Shown here: positions 59,051 through 64,000 of the stretch, piece after piece
How the letters are laid out: each line of letters opens with the position of its first letter
Position numbering within the stretch: position 1 is the first letter of the stretch
From: Podarcis filfolensis
Taxonomy: Eukaryota
Assembly: GCA_964270895.1 (NCBI GenBank)
Contig: OZ185435.1
Reading direction: 5' to 3' (one strand)
DNA length: 64,000 nt
The notes under the pieces: generated by a model
Databases searched by the model: none
Told to the model about the DNA's origin: nothing
The model's input: only the letters and a program-made list of their open reading frames with translations
Program-made: the position numbers and the translations under genes

Positions 59051-59869
59051 CTCAGGGTTCAAGTAGATTCACCATGTTCCCAAGTTGTAAAAAAATATTT
59101 AAAGGTCAGAATCAGCCTCTTGAATAGGACTAGAAACATTGCAGGAGCCAATGAAGATGAAAAAAATGCTGGCATAATATTACTGGAGTGTCTAGTTCCA
59201 GTTAGTACTCTTGAAGCCACATTCTATGCCAAATGAATTTTCTGGACCATTTTTAAAGATAGTCCCCACCTACAATGCTTTGCAACAATCTAACTGTAAA
59301 AAGTCTCCACTGTTCTCACATCATTTTACTGGTGCTTCTGGCCTATGATGAAAGTGGATTATGCATTCTCCCTCTGCATCTCTGCTGCTTTGTTCATTGT
59401 CTCTCAACTATGCTTCTAGAGCAAAAGCACCAATTTGCACCACCAATCAAATGTGTTCCCTGAAAGGAAAGGCGCCAATGAGAAAGAGCAGTTGCTTCCA
59501 TTTTCATCCTGATCTCTGTGGAGCAATAATGGAGTAAATAAAATATGTTTCCCCACTCGGAGAAAAAGAGTTGTAAAGTAGAAAGCCAAAGTAAATATAC
59601 TATACAGGGACAAATAAAAGGTGTCTGTGAGAAACAATTAATTGGCATGTTACTAGCACATGGGGATTTTAGTTTCAAATCTCTTCTTCATGTTTATATA
59701 GTCATTCTGATGCTAAATCTCACCTTCAAAAATCATGCCCAGAAGAGCTTAGATGCTAAATGTTACCTTCCTTAATGACCAGCCTGGCTGGATGAGGCTC
59801 TCCAAATTGTGCTGCTATGCTGCAGAGGTTCACTTCATGGTGATTAGATGAATGCCTGGGAGGAGAGGA

Positions 59870-60090
59870 ATGTTTTCACTTGGTGCCTAAATAGATGTAA
59901 TGAAGGTGCCAGGCAAGCCTCCCTGGGGAATGCATTCCTCGAATTGGGAGCCACCACAGAAAAGGCAAGTTCTCATGTTGCCACCCTCTGGACCTCTCAA
60001 GGAGGAGGCACCTGATGAAGGGTCTCAGATGATGATTGCAGGGTCTGTGTTGGTTCATATGTGGATCCTTGAGGTTCCAGTTCTTCATCC
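59870..60090 (-). mobile_element. Degenerate L2 3' remnant
   Basis: 'gcattcctcgaattgggagccaccacagaaaaggc' is typical of the antisense L2 C-terminus. Confidence 0.6.
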
Positions 60091-60223
60091 ATAAAATGAG
60101 AATAAAGACACCTATATCAGGATTATTGTGAGGAAGAAAGAAGTTATATACCAGCCTGTCAAGTAGAAGCGTTGAAATAACACAAAGAGGCAGGCCAGGT
60201 TTAGGTTACACAATTGTAGTTAA

Positions 60224-60646
60224 TGTCAGGATACACCCTGGGGCCCAGGCAGCCCCCGGGATGAGACGAACCTCTCTGGGCGTCCTCCTGGTGTTGCACA
60301 GTTCCAGGATGTCCATAAATCATCAGTCCTGGCATGCTCCAGTGACACGCAGCAAATGTCTACATGCACACTCACTCAGCGGAGATCAGCAGAAACGAAG
60401 TGGAGAATTGTGTCCTCATTGTAAGCTTTTATTTAGCAATATTTACAGGACAAACAGTCAGGGTGTTCTCTCACTTCAGCTCTGAGAGAGAACAGAAAGT
60501 AAAAAGTACACAAACACAGAAAGCACAAGAGACAGGGCTAACTTCCGTTCTCAGGCTTTTCCAAGCCTAGAAAATAAACACAGGCAAGTGATGTAACAAT
60601 CACACACCCAGCAACGGAGGACTGATATACTAACAGTTCTATCACA
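60224..60646 (-). mobile_element. Probable solo LTR
   Basis: Minus strand TGTGATAG ... CCTGACA with AATAAA near 60430; no TSD found. Confidence 0.45.
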
Positions 60647-62263
60647 TGGAGAGTGATTGAGCTTTTATAAAGGTATGTCATGAGATGTGCCAGATTCTGC
60701 AACATATGAACTGTATTGTAGCATAATGAAATTGTCCGCAATACAATTTGAGGAAAGAAAAGGGAATTACCTAGGATGGTGATTAACTAGAACATCAGCA
60801 GTGAGAAATATTTATCAATTTTATTCACTGGGTTTCTAAAATCCAATTAAGGCCAAAACCCAGTTGATATTTTGTTCATCACCTTTTCTGTGGCTCTCAA
60901 CTGCGTAACTTCAGAAATATTAACACAAATGTGACTGCATGGATATAGGTAATCTTCAATTCTAGAGGATTAGACCTTTTCTGAAGTATAAGAGCCCTTC
61001 AAATGCTGTGGCAACTTAGGAAAGCTTCAAAGTCACACATTTTCTAAATGGAAAGTAGGTACAGCAATGACTACTATATATAAGGGGTCCAGAGTGGCAA
61101 TTGCAAAAACATACACATTGCAAAAATGTATGGCTTTTCTGCCTGTAAATATGGTCTCTGTTCACTGGGAAGTGCCATCTTCTGAGCACACATGTACACA
61201 GTAAAACACACAAATTTGTGTGTGTGTGTGGGTGGATGACTGTTACACGTTTCTTTATGTGCTTAGCAGAAAGTTCTCAACAGCCCTACTGGCTCTCATA
61301 GCCATATACCAGCCATGTATGTTGTCTTGTCAGTGGGACTGATAAACCATCCATTTTTGCTACCTGGCTGGAACTGCAAAACCAGGGGTTTATCCAGCAC
61401 AAGCCACATGGCTGGTAGGCAGATTTCAGCTCATATAACTCAAATTTATAACTTCTGAGTTGTCTTTCTTGCTCTTATAGCTTTAGAATGGAATTGTCAT
61501 CAAGCAGAACCTTCTTTACCGTCTCGGTTTACCACTTGCGTACTTTATGAAGTATCTCCTGCTCTCCGATGTTTTTACTGATTCTTTTAGTAGGTCCTAA
61601 GGGTGGAATAACCGGGAATTTGCCAGGGTTTTAATACTGAAAAAGGACTCACCCCTCTGATAGTCCTTCAAGCCTTACTTTCCACAGATTCTCTAAGCAA
61701 GTCAGAAGGATATCAGGAGACCTCTCAGTTTTCACACCCCACCTTTTCCACAGGGGGTCCATTAGGCTAACCTATCTGAGGAACCCCAAAATCCTGGTTC
61801 TTGAACTGTCCTTTAGGGTGAGGAAAGAAATACGACACTTTCTGCCACCTCTATCACATCTCTTGACATGGAAGATGCAGCCTGTTCATACTATGTCTGC
61901 TTGGGTTATGCTTTTATTTAGGATTAAGAAGAAAGGAGAGATATTCTATTGTGGTCCTCCATGCCAACATTTTAAAAGTCACTTATTTCCCTTTACTTTA
62001 TTATTAAAAATGAAGTTCCATGAAATGTATATGCAACAATATTTTATAGCTCTATAACTATCTTGACAGCTTCCACAACCTCACCTATAATGCTATATTG
62101 GCATTTCCTTTTGCATATAAGCTTTACTATAGACCAGCCATTTTCATCCTCCATATAATATTAGAGGTAGGTTGCAATTATCCTCCAGATTCCTTCTAAT
62201 TTCTGATGAATTACCTGTAGTTGGTCTGTCCAGTGAGCACATGTCAGTTCAACATCCAGCAAT

Positions 62264-62432
62264 AAAGCATCTGCTTTGCATGCAGAAGATCTCAGGTTCA
62301 ATCTCCAGCATCTTTACATAGGTCTGGGGGAGACCCCTGCCTGAAACCCTGCAGAGCTGCTGCCAGCCAGTGTAGACAGTACTGAACTAGATGGACCAAT
62401 GGTCTGAACTTGGTATATGGCAGCTTCATATG
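62264..62432 (+). mobile_element. tRNA-derived SINE (Squam3-like)
   Basis: 'agcatctgctttgcatgcagaag...ccctgcctgaaaccctg...tactgaactagatggaccaatggtctg'; another tail fragment at 62712-62762. Confidence 0.8.
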
Positions 62433-63899
62433 AAACAGTTCACTCCTATGCAAAGTTAAACTCACTGTTTTCAATGAGCTTTGGCATGTCTAACTGCCTA
62501 GGGCTGTAAAGGTTCCTGATCGCAAGTGATCTCAGCACTGGACTAGCTAGCTTGCTTTAACCTGTTTGAAGAGAATATCCATGGCAACCTGTGTGATGTC
62601 ATAAGTCTTTGTGCTGGAAACACCAAAGGAGGGCCTTGCCAAGTACACAGTCAACTGAAACAGGTGATGTCAGTAAGCTGACAATAGTTAAGCTAAGGAA
62701 GGAATATTGCAGGTGAGCTAGATGGATCAGTGGTCTGGCTTAATATAAGTCATGCCCTATGCACCTATGGAACTTCAGCATAAGGACTTGCCAATTTACT
62801 TTCATGAAGGGAGAAGCTCCAGTCTCTCCATTATGTGGCTACAAACGAGGAAGCCCTTGCAGACGTAAACATTTCTTGTGTGCACTGGAACCCAGTAAAT
62901 GGAAATAACTGTGGGATTGTGATGACTGATTCATAGGATGTTTGCAGCCCCAAAGTACAGCAATTACCTGTTGGTAACCAAGGGGGAACCAAGAGGGAAA
63001 ATGTTATACAAATGTTGTTTGTATAAACACACAGGAAGCCTGCTGCTTGGGTTTACTTTTGTCCACAGATGTATCACTGTACCATGATTTAGCTAATATT
63101 AAAAATACACACATAGTGAAGTCTTAAAGAGGTCACAGATCAATTATGCCTTGATCTGCTTTCTTCTGAACTAAGTCAGGATGGGCAGGTAACCTGGATC
63201 TGAGATAGAAATCTATACTTGGGGCTTAGGTTCCTATAGCGAACTAATGCAACAACATACTGAAGAGCCATTTGCAATATCTCTGTGATGCAGCCGAGCC
63301 AGCATATAATGTGGAGTAAATGTTGTTTAGTAAAAGAAAGAACACTGATAAATGTCTGGCCATTAAGGTCAGCCCATGGAGAATGAAACAAGAAACTGCT
63401 GTGAAGAGGGAAATAGAGGCGAGGGAGGAGGGAAAAGTTTAAAATTCAGCACCATGGACAGTAGCACTCACATTTTGGTATAATGGAGTTTGCACAAAGC
63501 TTAATTTTCAGTCTTACATGCTGAAGCACCATAATACAACAGTTATTTTAAGCCTCTTGGAGCTTTTCTAAACTCTTTGTGTGCCGAGTGCTTGCCACAC
63601 GCCCACCTGTTTTCAATGATTTGGGCGGGGGGGGGGAGAAATGGAAAGAATTCTTTGCAAGAGCACTCAACAAAATGACAGGTTTAATAATCTGCACTTA
63701 GACAGCACTTTTCATCCAAGGGTCTCGGAGATCTTTATAAATATTCATGCACTTTATACATATTTTCAGCCAATGTACCCTCCCTTTCCTCCATCCCAAA
63801 CAAGTAAATATACCCCAATTCCCCTTTTGCAGATCTGGAAAGGCAGACTCGAAATTCAGGGAAAGCGAAATTTAAAGGGCAACACTCTGTATATCTATT

Positions 63900-63968
63900 G
63901 AGAAGTATGTCCCATTGAGTTCAGTGGGACACTTGCTCACAGGCAAATGTATACAGGATTGCATCCTC
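63900..63968. repeat. Short palindromic interspersed repeat (related copies at about 9520-9605 and 25305-25375)
   Basis: Core 'cccattgagttcagtggga' ending 'aggattgca', shared among the copies. Confidence 0.55.
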
Positions 63969-64000
63969 AGAGTGACAAAGCAATTCTTCTGGAGTCACAA

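Overview
Vertebrate genomic DNA with one 146-N assembly gap. A Sauria SINE, a BovB tail, Squam3-like SINEs and the L2/CR1 subfamilies point to a squamate, probably a lacertid lizard (inference). I could not recognise any host protein-coding exon, rRNA, true tRNA or CRISPR array, so this looks like repeat-dense intergenic or intronic sequence. The most notable structure is 14703-18232 (minus strand): a very young 3.5-kb Ty1/copia-type LTR element inserted, with a 5-bp TSD, into a young L2 LINE. Its single open 837-aa ORF encodes reduced Gag, protease and integrase but lacks RT and RNase H. Its LTRs differ by only 2 substitutions plus a (CT)n length change, and end in non-canonical 5'-TA...AA-3' with TG...CA two bases inside each end. 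It sits directly upstream of, and co-oriented with, the intact L2 RT domain. Other clear features are a 640-bp solo LTR carrying a 130-aa ORF, an RPL31 processed pseudogene, two 5'-truncated L1 insertions with long TSDs (one nested in a Tc2-like MITE), CR1/L2 fragments, Tc1/mariner and hAT MITEs, SINEs and microsatellites. Family names come from recalled motifs; no database search was run.
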